From a virus (Duplodnaviria; Caudoviricetes), in IMG/VR virus record IMGVR_UViG_2706796482_000001, positions 32,001-96,000 of that record: DNA of 64,000 nucleotides; one strand, written 5' to 3'. Each line of letters opens with the position of its first letter. Position 1 is the stretch's first letter. A program made the translations under genes and the position numbers. Below, in pieces: positions 50,199-59,010 of the stretch. The notes under the pieces were generated by a model. It saw only the letters and a list, made by a program, of their open reading frames with translations. It was not told the DNA's origin and did not search any database.

Positions 50199-50309
50199 TG
50201 TGGGTCGAAAGAGTAAGTCGGTTATCTTCCTTTGAATAAGAAACAGATAGGTTCGAATCCTATGTAGCCCAAGGCACGGGCGACTCCGACTCTCACCAAT
50301 ATATCCACA
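50199..50309 (+). ncRNA. Y RNA-like 4 (T arm only)
   Basis: TGTGGGT-C-GAAAG...ATCCACA; GTCGG/CCGAC; TTATCT; ATAGG-TTCGAAT-CCTAT. Confidence 0.8.
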
Positions 50310-50313
50310 TGTT

Positions 50314-50643
50314 ATGAATACACAAGAGAGAATCGAAAAGCTAAAAGAACTGTGGAACGATGGCTGGTATCTAGAAGATGCCATTGGAGAAATCGGTGAC
50401 CATCTTACAGAAGATGAGTTCAAGCCAAAGTTCATTGACACCATCGAAGAAGATGAGTCTCGATGGATGATGCATACTCTGGATATTGCTGAGATTGACG
50501 AAGGTGTATACGTTGGTGTACGCTGGGAACGAGGCAAGACAGAGATGCAAGAGAACATCTTTGATGATAAGAACGTCTACCTTCTTGAAAAGGTTGAGAA
50601 GGTGGTCACAACTGTCGATTGGAATGACGTAAAGAAGCTATGA
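50314..50643 (+). CDS. Hypothetical acidic protein
   Basis: 109-aa ORF. Confidence 0.55.
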   Translation: MNTQERIEKLKELWNDGWYLEDAIGEIGDHLTEDEFKPKFIDTIEEDESRWMMHTLDIAEIDEGVYVGVRWERGKTEMQENIFDDKNVYLLEKVEKVVTTVDWNDVKKL

Positions 50644-51062
50644 AAAATTGGCTCGGACATGAAATCGAAGTTGGCGCAGTCGTATTCCGTGGCGGAAAGC
50701 AGGGCACATCGTCCTCTTTCCGCGTCGGTGTTGTAGACGCCATTGACGTAGAAAAGCAGACTGCTCGTGTAGAGTGGCACTGGGTTCCAAGCAATCGTCC
50801 TGTATGGGACAAGGATAAGTACCAGTATTGGCACATGGATGACAATCGCTACTACGTTTCTGGCCCTTCTAAAGCCAGCACTCAGAGAACTCGCTACTCC
50901 ATCAACGACCTTGCGAGGCTTGATGACGGTATGCTAGAGTACCTACAGAAGCGATACCAGCTTATCGAAGCTGCTATCCACTACAAGATTCGTGAAGAAG
51001 ATTTTGCTCAGTTCGAGCATGACTTTGAAATGGGACTAGTTCCCGAAATTCCTATGCCTTAA
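50640..51062 (+). CDS. Hypothetical protein
   Basis: 140-aa coupled ORF. Confidence 0.55.
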   Translation: MKNWLGHEIEVGAVVFRGGKQGTSSSFRVGVVDAIDVEKQTARVEWHWVPSNRPVWDKDKYQYWHMDDNRYYVSGPSKASTQRTRYSINDLARLDDGMLEYLQKRYQLIEAAIHYKIREEDFAQFEHDFEMGLVPEIPMP

Positions 51063-51081
51063 GAAAGGGCCGGTAACAAAA

Positions 51082-52731
51082 ATGTCTAACGCACTTAACA
51101 ACGCAGCTAAGGGTCTCAACAAGACTCCTCAGACTGTCAAGGCCAAGAGTGGTCAGGTCAAGAACAACGCTGGTGGATTCGTCTTCCAGGTTTCTGACCA
51201 GGCTCGCCTTGAGCGATTCCTGATTCTCGGTGTAGATGGCGGTACGTATTACGTCAAGGAGACCGACCACGCACGTAGTAACGTGCAGTTCCTCAACGAC
51301 ATGATTGAGCGAGACGAAGCCTCTGTACTGAACACCATTGTGGACGTGTCCGTCAATGGTCGTGCATACAAGCAGTCTCCAGTCCTGTTCGCGCTAGCCT
51401 CTGTCATTGTCCACGGACGTGACAAGCAGTCCGTCAAGGCTGTCTTCAATCGTGTTGTTCGTACAGGCACGCACCTCTATGAGGTCGTGAACTACCTGAA
51501 CACCATGGGTGGATGGGGTCGTGCAAAGCGCGAAATCGTTGCTGGATGGTTCGACAAGGATGCTGATAAGCTGGCTTACCAGATGGTCAAGTACCGTTCT
51601 CGTAAGTTTGGCGACCAGACCTGGACCATGCGTGACGTAATGCGTAAGGCTCACCCACGAGATGTTAACACGTCTGCGGCTGACTTTGCTCTCGGCAAGG
51701 AGCACGACGCTATTGATGACCTTCGGGTTATTGAGGGCTTCAAGCTCATGCAGAAGGCTCAGTCTGTCGAGGATGTTCACAGCGTTCTCCGTGAGTATGA
51801 GATGCTTTCATGGGAGACAATCCCAACTCAGTTCCTCAAGGACGTGAGTGTATGGAAGCGCATCTTCGCCAATGGTCAGCTTCGTGGTCAGGCTCTTGTC
51901 CGAAACATCACTCGTCTCGCACGAATTGGTGCTTTCCAGGACATGCGCTTCGCTGCCGCGTATGCAGGACAGCTTACGAACCAGGAAATGATTGTACAGA
52001 CTCGTCTGCACCCAATCAACTTCCTGAACGCATCTGTCGTGTACAACGACGGTCAGATGAAGCGAGTCAATGACCGCTGGGGCTTTGAATCAGAGCAGCG
52101 AGTCAAGGATTGGACAACCGAAAGTGTCATTGTTGACGCTCTCAATGAGGGCTTCCACAAGGCATTCAAGGCTGTCGAGCCTGCTGGCAAGCGTACGATG
52201 CTGGCTCTGGACGTATCAGGTTCTATGAGTGCAAAGGCTAACGGTCTCGACCTTAGCTGTGCTCAGGTTTCTGCTGCAATGTCTATGGCCATCGCTCGTA
52301 CCGAGCCTGCTCACATCATCCGAGGATTCACGTCTTCTGGTGGTGGCTACAGCTACAGGAGCAGCGGTCTGACTGACCTCGGTATCAGCGCTCGTACTGA
52401 CCTTGCTACGGCAATGCGCAGTGTGCAGCGTCACAACTGGGGTGGCACAGATTGTTCACTCCCAATGCGTTGGGCTCTTGAGAACAGGGTAGAAGTTGAC
52501 ACCTTTGTGGTTATCACTGATAACGACACATGGGCTGGCGACATTCACCCATTCCAGGCGCTCAAGGAGTACCGTAAGAAGACTGGAATTCCAGCTCGTC
52601 TGGCAGTTCTGGGAGTTCAGGCAACTGAATTCACCATTGCTGACCCAAGCGATGCGGGAATGATGGACTTCGTTGGATTTGACAGCAATGCGCCTCGTGC
52701 GCTGGCTGACTTCTCCGCTGGTCGCATCTGA
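51082..52731 (+). CDS. rsr: Ro60/Rsr RNA-binding protein (TROVE + vWA)
   Basis: QVKNNAGGFVF, RLERFLILGVDGGTYY, GWGRA, KYRSR, HP, LALDVSGSM, GGTDCSLPM, TDNDTW, GFDS. Confidence 0.95.
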   Translation: MSNALNNAAKGLNKTPQTVKAKSGQVKNNAGGFVFQVSDQARLERFLILGVDGGTYYVKETDHARSNVQFLNDMIERDEASVLNTIVDVSVNGRAYKQSPVLFALASVIVHGRDKQSVKAVFNRVVRTGTHLYEVVNYLNTMGGWGRAKREIVAGWFDKDADKLAYQMVKYRSRKFGDQTWTMRDVMRKAHPRDVNTSAADFALGKEHDAIDDLRVIEGFKLMQKAQSVEDVHSVLREYEMLSWETIPTQFLKDVSVWKRIFANGQLRGQALVRNITRLARIGAFQDMRFAAAYAGQLTNQEMIVQTRLHPINFLNASVVYNDGQMKRVNDRWGFESEQRVKDWTTESVIVDALNEGFHKAFKAVEPAGKRTMLALDVSGSMSAKANGLDLSCAQVSAAMSMAIARTEPAHIIRGFTSSGGGYSYRSSGLTDLGISARTDLATAMRSVQRHNWGGTDCSLPMRWALENRVEVDTFVVITDNDTWAGDIHPFQALKEYRKKTGIPARLAVLGVQATEFTIADPSDAGMMDFVGFDSNAPRALADFSAGRI

Positions 52732-52733
52732 CA

Positions 52734-52760
52734 AAAGCCCCTCTTCGGAGGGGCTTTGTT
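52734..52760 (+). terminator. Intrinsic terminator
   Basis: AAAGCCCCTC-TTCG-GAGGGGCTTT-GTT. Confidence 0.75.
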
Positions 52761-52765
52761 GGCTC

Positions 52766-52794
52766 TTGACACATGCTTTCAGATGCTGTAGCTT
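52766..52794 (+). promoter_or_regulatory. Sigma70-type promoter (possibly leaderless mRNA, ATG at 52801)
   Basis: TTGACA-N17-TAGCTT. Confidence 0.6.
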
Positions 52795-52979
52795 AGACAC
52801 ATGAAGCAAGACGAGCCTGGCGTTTCAATTCTCAGCATATTGAGAATGCTTAGGCGCTCTAAGAAAGTTCGGCCGGTAGTGGAGATGTCCACCTGTGGCC
52901 ATTGCAAGACACAGTACGATATCCATAAGGGACACATGTGTTCCTACATCAAAGACCTATTCGCAAAAATGGAGAAGTC

Positions 52980-53186
52980 ATGAGCTACAAGGCAGAGACC
53001 TTTACTCGCACTGGCAATGGCAAGATGGCTGACAACATCAAGGCCCTTGCGAAGCAGTGTGGCCTCACGATTAACAGTTTCAGTGCAAATGGTTGGGTCC
53101 TCAAGACCATTACCATTACAGTGTATGGTCACCAGGATGACATTGTTCGTTTTGAGACTCAGCTTCCGAGCGGAGTGCAGTCTTGA
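52980..53186 (+). CDS. Hypothetical protein
   Basis: GGAG RBS, ATG 52980. Confidence 0.5.
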   Translation: MSYKAETFTRTGNGKMADNIKALAKQCGLTINSFSANGWVLKTITITVYGHQDDIVRFETQLPSGVQS

Positions 53187-53566
53187 GCAATAGCTTTTAT
53201 CATGCACAAAGTTCGGCCCGGAAGTGGGGAGGTGTGCCAGAGGATTACATTGCCATTCACGAATGGATTGATGCATCCAAGGCACACTTCGGTGATGCCA
53301 GACACAGGGCCTTGCGTCATCATACAGAAGGATGCTGGGAGGCTGAACGAGTCTTCGGATTGACCATCACAGTAAAGAAGAAAAGGTCAGGCGTAGAAGT
53401 ACGTGTCCCTGTTCGTGAAATTGCTGAGCAGCACGTCTTTGAAGACCTAGGGTACATTCCTAGTCTGGCAGACTGGCTACGAAACATGGAATTGAAGACA
53501 TGGATGGGCGGTAAAGTAAAGAGTACCGTCTCTCGTGCAGATGTATTGAAGGGAAATAGTGACTAA
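53183..53566 (+). CDS. His-rich conserved hypothetical protein
   Basis: HAQSSARKWGG..EDY..IH.W.D.SK...D.RHRALRHH. Confidence 0.65.
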   Translation: MSNSFYHAQSSARKWGGVPEDYIAIHEWIDASKAHFGDARHRALRHHTEGCWEAERVFGLTITVKKKRSGVEVRVPVREIAEQHVFEDLGYIPSLADWLRNMELKTWMGGKVKSTVSRADVLKGNSD

Positions 53567-54086
53567 TCTTTATGGACGCTCACTCAAGGGTGAGCCTCAA
53601 GATAACGATTCATGGCCTGAGCAGGAAGACACAGCTCTTTTGATTGCTGTCCTTGACAGACTGCTTGACATGGAAGGTGTTGAGGCAGTACGCTGGACAC
53701 AGCACACACCGAGCTTTAACGATGGTGAGCCTTGCCGATTCGGTATTGGTACTGCTAGTGTTAAGCTCAAGGGCTTCAAGGTCCCCGAAGAGGGTTATGA
53801 AACATCAGAGGGCGACTGGTACGATGAGGACGAAGAAGTCTTCCTGAGTGAATACGACCTCTACGAGTATCCCAAGAACGAAGATGGCTCAACAGATTGG
53901 AATGGTGACCGAATTTATGAAATCGGTGGCATTCCTACTCAGGATATCAAGACCGTTCTGAGCCAATTCGAAAGTATGCTGGACAGTGGTGCTCATTATG
54001 CATGGCTGATGACTTCTTTCGGAGACCCGGCAGAAGTGACGGCTGATGCTACTGACTTCCATGTCGAACGATACGAAGGAGAGTAA
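53559..54086 (+). CDS. Hypothetical acidic protein
   Basis: WTQHTPSFNDGEPC motif; coupled ORF. Confidence 0.6.
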   Translation: MTNLYGRSLKGEPQDNDSWPEQEDTALLIAVLDRLLDMEGVEAVRWTQHTPSFNDGEPCRFGIGTASVKLKGFKVPEEGYETSEGDWYDEDEEVFLSEYDLYEYPKNEDGSTDWNGDRIYEIGGIPTQDIKTVLSQFESMLDSGAHYAWLMTSFGDPAEVTADATDFHVERYEGE

Positions 54087-54322
54087 TGTCTTTGGAACAC
54101 ATTGATGCTGAACGCATCCTTGACCTTATCTCTGGTACCATTGATGGTGGCTGGAACGATGGGATTGAGGCATTCGTCAGTGCAACAAATGATGGAGAAA
54201 CCCTTACCGTTGAAGTCGAAGATGACGACGGTACAAAGAAGGTATTTTCTCTGAGTATTGAGTAATGGCCAAAGCCTTCATAATCAGTCGTCAGATATAA
54301 TGATTGTGAAGGAGGGATAAAG

Positions 54323-54604
54323 ATGGCTTATTATCCAATCAATCAGTTCTTCTATGACTCAGAAACTAACAACATCATAGTCCAGTTCGCTGTGTATACT
54401 GAAAAGACATACGAGACAGCAAACATGGATGACCCATATGATGTCATTGAGGCAGAACTCTTCCTGGATGCAGGTAAGTTCAAGATTGGCGAGTATCGTC
54501 CAGCATCACTAGATGGTACTATAACTCAGGAGTTCATTGGTCGTGACCTTGGTCAGTCTCCAAACATAACTCCACCTAACCCAGTCCCAGAAGAACCAGC
54601 TTGA
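54323..54604 (+). CDS. Hypothetical protein
   Basis: AAGGAGG RBS. Confidence 0.6.
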   Translation: MAYYPINQFFYDSETNNIIVQFAVYTEKTYETANMDDPYDVIEAELFLDAGKFKIGEYRPASLDGTITQEFIGRDLGQSPNITPPNPVPEEPA

Positions 54605-54671
54605 CAAGAACAGTCTAGTCACGCTAGACTAGCACTACGGCGCAGGACGGAGCGCCTTCAAATCCGTTCAC

Positions 54672-54742
54672 GCCCCTATAGTCTAAGGGTAGGATACAAG
54701 ATTCTCAATCTTGTGGTCGGAGTTCAATTCTCCGTAGGGGTA
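54672..54742 (+). tRNA. tRNA-Glu(CTC)
   Basis: Loop TTCTCAA. Confidence 0.85.
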
Positions 54743-54743
54743 C

Positions 54744-55001
54744 GTGGCACCAACAAAAATACCAACTCAAATAGAAGCGCGAATAGTCGTGGGCATCCTC
54801 TGCGGAGTCATTGTCCTTCTTTTCAGCAGCTTCATTATGGTAGGGTGTATCACAGAAAGCAACGAGACAAGCAAGATGAAAGCCTGTGTTGCTAAAAGTT
54901 ACGAATGGGTGAATGCGCCCGGTGGTTCTGAGTGCAGAAAGCCACTTGACAGACTTCCCCAGCCAAGCTACAGTAGTAGTAACGAAGACAAGTCCCGGTA
55001 G
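54744..55001 (+). CDS. Possible small membrane protein
   Basis: One TM segment; 3' end overlaps a promoter and a tRNA. Confidence 0.4.
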   Translation: MAPTKIPTQIEARIVVGILCGVIVLLFSSFIMVGCITESNETSKMKACVAKSYEWVNAPGGSECRKPLDRLPQPSYSSSNEDKSR

Positions 55002-55066
55002 ATTCTGCTGGTAGAATCGCTAGACTTTCAATCTAGAGTCCGAGGGTTCAATTCCCTTCCGGGGTA
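54992..55066 (+). tRNA. tRNA-Glu(TTC)
   Basis: Loop CTTTCAA. Confidence 0.85.
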
Positions 55067-55096
55067 CTCCAAAAACAAACCGAAAGGTACAACATA

Positions 55097-55300
55097 ATGT
55101 CAAGCCGTATTGCTGTGGTTCTCAAGGGTCAGACTCCTGGTACTCCCATCATCGGTCCGAAGACGCGAGATGAGTATCGTGAGGCTTTCACCAAGGCAAT
55201 TCAGGAAAAGGCTTCAACCATCACTGTAACTGACGAGGATGGAGATTACTACATCCTGGTGGTTGACCAGATTCAGGCGTTTGCTGTAGAATCTATCTAA
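55097..55300 (+). CDS. Hypothetical protein
   Basis: GAAAGG RBS. Confidence 0.55.
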   Translation: MSSRIAVVLKGQTPGTPIIGPKTRDEYREAFTKAIQEKASTITVTDEDGDYYILVVDQIQAFAVESI

Positions 55301-55322
55301 GCAAGCAGGCCGAAAGGCCCAA

Positions 55323-55393
55323 GCCCGCTTAGCTCAATGGGAGAGCGACGGTTTTACACACCGTATACGGGGGTTCGATTCCCTCAGTGGGTA
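55323..55393 (+). tRNA. tRNA-Val(TAC)
   Basis: Loop TTTACAC. Confidence 0.9.
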
Positions 55394-55397
55394 CGCT

Positions 55398-55495
55398 GGT
55401 CAGTTGAAAGTCCTGAAAAGTTGGTCACTCAGTAAGGATTGTTTCATATGCAGGTCTAACCAGCCTCCGTACCGGGTTCGAATCCGGACTGACCG
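55398..55495 (+). ncRNA. tRNA-like RNA (acceptor stem + T-like arm, non-tRNA core)
   Basis: GGTCAGT/ACTGACC; CCGGGTTCGAATCCGG. Confidence 0.5.
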
Positions 55496-55504
55496 TTGAC
55501 TTAT

Positions 55505-55581
55505 GGGTTTGACGGGTGTAAGGTTACTGAAAGCCGACAATGGACCGGTAACTGTAGAGGGTTCGATTCCCTCCAAATCCA
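55505..55581 (+). ncRNA. tRNA-like RNA with enlarged central loop, no D stem
   Basis: GGGTTTG/CAAATCC; GAGGG-TTCGATT-CCCTC; GTTACTG/CGGTAAC. Confidence 0.55.
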
Positions 55582-55587
55582 CTTTAT

Positions 55588-55662
55588 GCGCCGTTGACGG
55601 GAACTGGCATACCTAGTTGACTTAGAATCAACTGTTTGGGAGTTCGACTCTCCCACGGCGTA
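55588..55662 (+). tRNA. tRNA-Leu(TAG) copy 1 (short variable loop)
   Basis: Loop CTTAGAA. Confidence 0.8.
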
Positions 55663-55785
55663 CTCCATAACTAAAAAGACAAGGAACGAAATGTCTGACG
55701 AAAAGTGTCCGAGTGGCGGAATGCACGACTGGATGATATGGTCAGGGAAGTTCAGATGTCGCAAGTGTGGTACAACAAGTAAGGG

Positions 55786-55814
55786 TTGACAGCATCAGCC
55801 CGGCAACGTAAAGT
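55786..55814 (+). promoter_or_regulatory. Sigma70-type promoter
   Basis: TTGACA-N17-TAAAGT. Confidence 0.7.
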
Positions 55815-55821
55815 TGCTTAT

Positions 55822-55895
55822 GCGTCGGTAGCCCAATGGCAGGAGGCACCAGTCTTAGGAACTGGACAGTGTGAGTTCGAGTCTCACTCGGCGTA
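55822..55895 (+). tRNA. tRNA-Leu(TAG) copy 2 (short variable loop)
   Basis: Loop CTTAGGA. Confidence 0.85.
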
Positions 55896-55948
55896 CTTTG
55901 GTAGTAAACGCGATGCTACCGAATGCACACAGGGTCGCTCCCGGTGTG

Positions 55949-56074
55949 AGGAGTATAGTTTAGTGGCAAAACAGTGAAATGCGCTGTCGAAAGAGGGAAG
56001 TTGCCGAGCTAAAGGCTGGTTCGCTTGAGTAGATATCAGAGTAGCAATCGTCGGTTCGATTCCGACTGCTCCGC
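55949..56074 (+). ncRNA. tRNA-like RNA with large insertion replacing anticodon arm
   Basis: GGAGTA/TGCTCC; D arm GTTT-AGTGGCA-AAAC; T arm GTCGG-TTCGATT-CCGAC. Confidence 0.6.
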
Positions 56075-56217
56075 TAGCCTGCGCTAGATGCAGGAATGTA
56101 AGTCGGCAAGGGAGTGTACAATCCTAAACCGCATTTCTCAACGGCCTTGCAAGGGGCATCAAAGCAACAAGGTGAGAGCGTCTTGGTTGTTCCGGCTCAT
56201 AACAGGAACCTCCCCAA

Positions 56218-56288
56218 TCCGTAGTGGTGTAGTGGTAACATACTTCCTTGCCAAGGAAGCGTTGCGAGTTCGATTCTCGTCTACGGGA
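56218..56288 (+). tRNA. tRNA-Gly(GCC)
   Basis: Loop TTGCCAA. Confidence 0.85.
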
Positions 56289-56365
56289 CTCAATCAATGG
56301 GGTCTGGCGATGTAGGGCAGACTTAAACGACAGTTCAATAATAAGACCGTGCCCATTGATTTTAT

Positions 56366-56438
56366 GCCTCGGTAGCGTAGTGGATGACGCGGATGCCTTC
56401 TAAGCATTTACAGGCAGGTTCGATTCCTGTCCGAGGTA
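56366..56438 (+). tRNA. tRNA-Arg(TCT)
   Basis: Loop CTTCTAA. Confidence 0.9.
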
Positions 56439-57221
56439 CGTGAAGGTTAGAAAGATGGTCGTGTATTACACTGATGTCAATCAGGATGAAGAAGACCAGC
56501 TTATGGAAGCTGTAGAAAACATTCTCTGTCCTAATGCCTCAGAAGAGGACCATGAATGCAGAATGCACTTCATGTCTTGGCAAACGGTGGACGACTACGA
56601 AGAATGAAAATGCTCGGTAGAAAAGTCTGGAGAGGCCAGACGTTCGAAGACTCTCCAGTCAAAAATAAAATTTGGAGGCGTCGTGAACGAAGAGAATGGC
56701 ACCGAGAATGGAATAATGACAGAGCTGATTCTACAAGGGATTCTTCAAATTCAGGAAGTTGATGAGAATGGCGACGTTCTTCTCTCACTAGACTGGGATG
56801 CTCTGTACGAGTACAATCCAGATATCTACCTGTATCTGAGAACTGCCGAACTTAACGGTCAGATGATACAATGAAGGCATGAAGACATTTACCATCGCAG
56901 TCAGCCTTCTGCTGTCAGTTGAAGCTCCTGACCAATCAGACGCACTTGAAGCAGTCAAGGATACGTTTGGTGAAGGCGAAATCTGCGGAATAGATATCAA
57001 AGACGTTGAGGTTGAAGTAATTGACGAACTTTGATATGCTGTCTAATCTACCAGGAGTTGAGTTCTTCCTTAAGTGCACATTTTGCCCGGAAGAGTCAGA
57101 CGGAGACTTGACAGTTGAGCTTGAGCCTGGTATGTTTGTACCAATGCCAATATGTGAATCATGTCTGGCAGAGCAGGCTAAAAACTTCAATATGATTGAA
57201 GGCCCGGAATAAACGGGCTAT

Positions 57222-57293
57222 GGGCGGTTAGTGTTAATGGTAGCACGAGTGCTTTGCACGCATTAAGCAGGGGTTCGAATCCCCTACTGTCCA
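57222..57293 (+). tRNA. tRNA-Ala(TGC)
   Basis: G3:U70; loop TTTGCAC. Confidence 0.9.
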
Positions 57294-57454
57294 CAACTTC
57301 CTGCGCAGGGAGGTGCAAAATGGGAAACAATACAGTTTGGACAATCGTTGGTGTTCTAGCGATTGTTGCTCTACTTATCTTCATTCTTTAATATATGTGG
57401 CTGGCCGATACGAACCCCATCGTATCTTTACCCGAGGGTTAGGGACCAGCACTT

Positions 57455-57528
57455 GATTCAGTCGCAGAATTGGTACTGCAAAAGACTCTTAATCTTTGAG
57501 GATGTGGGTTCGAGTCCCACCTGAATCA
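57455..57528 (+). tRNA. tRNA-Lys(CTT) copy 1
   Basis: Loop CTCTTAA. Confidence 0.85.
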
Positions 57529-57584
57529 CGTTGGGTTAGGGGACGCACACCTGGCGAGGTGCCCGCCCAGCTCCACTTAAACCC

Positions 57585-57612
57585 ACCCCAGCCCTCGTGG
57601 CTGGGGTTTTTT
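57585..57612 (+). terminator. Intrinsic terminator
   Basis: ACCCCAGCC/GGCTGGGGT followed by T run. Confidence 0.75.
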
Positions 57613-57628
57613 ATGCTACAATAACTAA

Positions 57629-58181
57629 TATGACTACACCAAAGAAGTACACCCCAAGACCAGGTGACATTGGACTGACCAGAATCGGGGGCCTCACAGG
57701 CGTCCTGGTGGGTCTAGGGCAATTCATCTTGAGGGATGCGAGCAGATACACTCACGTCTTTGTTGTTTTGAGTGAGACCGAAGTCATAGAAGCCATGCCA
57801 GGTGGAGCAATCATCAGCCCACTGGACAAGTATGCTGGAACTACCAAGTATGGAAGTCCACTGGCAGCCTATCTAGACATCAAGTTGACACCAGAGCAGC
57901 GAGAGGCTATCGTAAGAGAAGCCCGGCAGCTAGAGGGAGTGCCTTACAGCTTCCTTGACTATGTTGCCTTGGCACTAGAACGAGTAGGCTTGCACTGGAA
58001 GTGGATTGAGAGTAGAGTTACTTCCAGCAAGCACATGATATGCTCTCAGCTAGCTGACGAAGCTTACAAGAGAGCTGGCGTCCATCTCTTTGAAGATGGT
58101 AGACTATCCCAAAAAGTTACCCCAGGAGATTTGACTTATGTCGGGTTCGACCAGCGGTACGATGAAGTGTCTGGGCTGTAA
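57629..58181 (+). CDS. Permuted papain-like NlpC/P60 (YiiX/YebB-like) enzyme
   Basis: PGDI, YTHV, IEA, G.PY, ICSQL, VTPGDL; start ATG 57629 inferred. Confidence 0.75.
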
Positions 58182-58384
58182 CAAGGACAAGCCCAAGAAT
58201 GACTTCGGAACGACGGGCAACGCAAGGGCCTTGTGCTCACGCTGTAGGTCTGGTAACGTAGTACGTACAAGCAAGGGCAGCGGTCACAAGAATTCTGATG
58301 GAATTTGGATTGGAAACATCTTCGGAGGAATTGCCGATATAATCGGTAGTATCTTTGACTAAGCAAGACGCCCGAAAGGGCTAT

Positions 58385-58460
58385 TCCGGTGGGGCTACTA
58401 TTGGCAGTAGCGACGAGCTGTTAACTCGTTTCCCTGTAGGTTCGATTCCTGCCTCCGGAG
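58385..58460 (+). tRNA. tRNA-Asn(GTT) copy 1
   Basis: Loop CTGTTAA. Confidence 0.85.
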
Positions 58461-58788
58461 CTGTGACGCCAAAGCTCGTATACAGGGCACGGATAAATCC
58501 AAAGGGTAGCGTACGTATTCTAGATACTATGTGCGTGAGAGTATGGTATTAAAACCAGACTAACTGGTCAACGTCACCCCAACTTGACACTCCAACAACA
58601 TCTGCTAGGATGAACACATGACAGAGAATGAAGCATGGTTGGTTACAGCAGCAACTCTTCTCCATGGTAAGTACAAGGATGAGGTTGTGATTCGAAATGG
58701 CCGACTATGGGTATGGTTCAAGAGCGATTCTGGAACCGAATGGACTCTCCAGTGTCCTAGCCAGATTGTAATTGACGAGGAGCATTAA

Positions 58789-59010
58789 ATGCCCTATGAT
58801 GAAGAACTCGGATGTATTCGAGAGACCAGAAAATTCCCGGTGACCATGAAGGTTGCTGCATGGGATTCAAAGACACATAAGGGGCCTCAAGCAGGAGCTA
58901 AGGGCGAATGCTTTGAGCAGCGTAAGATTGATGGAGACTGGTTTTACTACATCAGGTTCCCTGGTGAGAAAAGTTTCCACATCGCATACGCTGACCAGTG
59001 TCAGAAATAG
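58789..59010 (+). CDS. Hypothetical protein
   Basis: GAGGAG RBS. Confidence 0.5.
   Translation: MPYDEELGCIRETRKFPVTMKVAAWDSKTHKGPQAGAKGECFEQRKIDGDWFYYIRFPGEKSFHIAYADQCQK

Noticed and set aside
40809-50309. TGTGGGTCGAA...ATCCACA repeats as operators or CRISPR repeats
   Set aside because: The two halves are complementary, enclose T/D arms and abut tRNAs, which fits RNA genes
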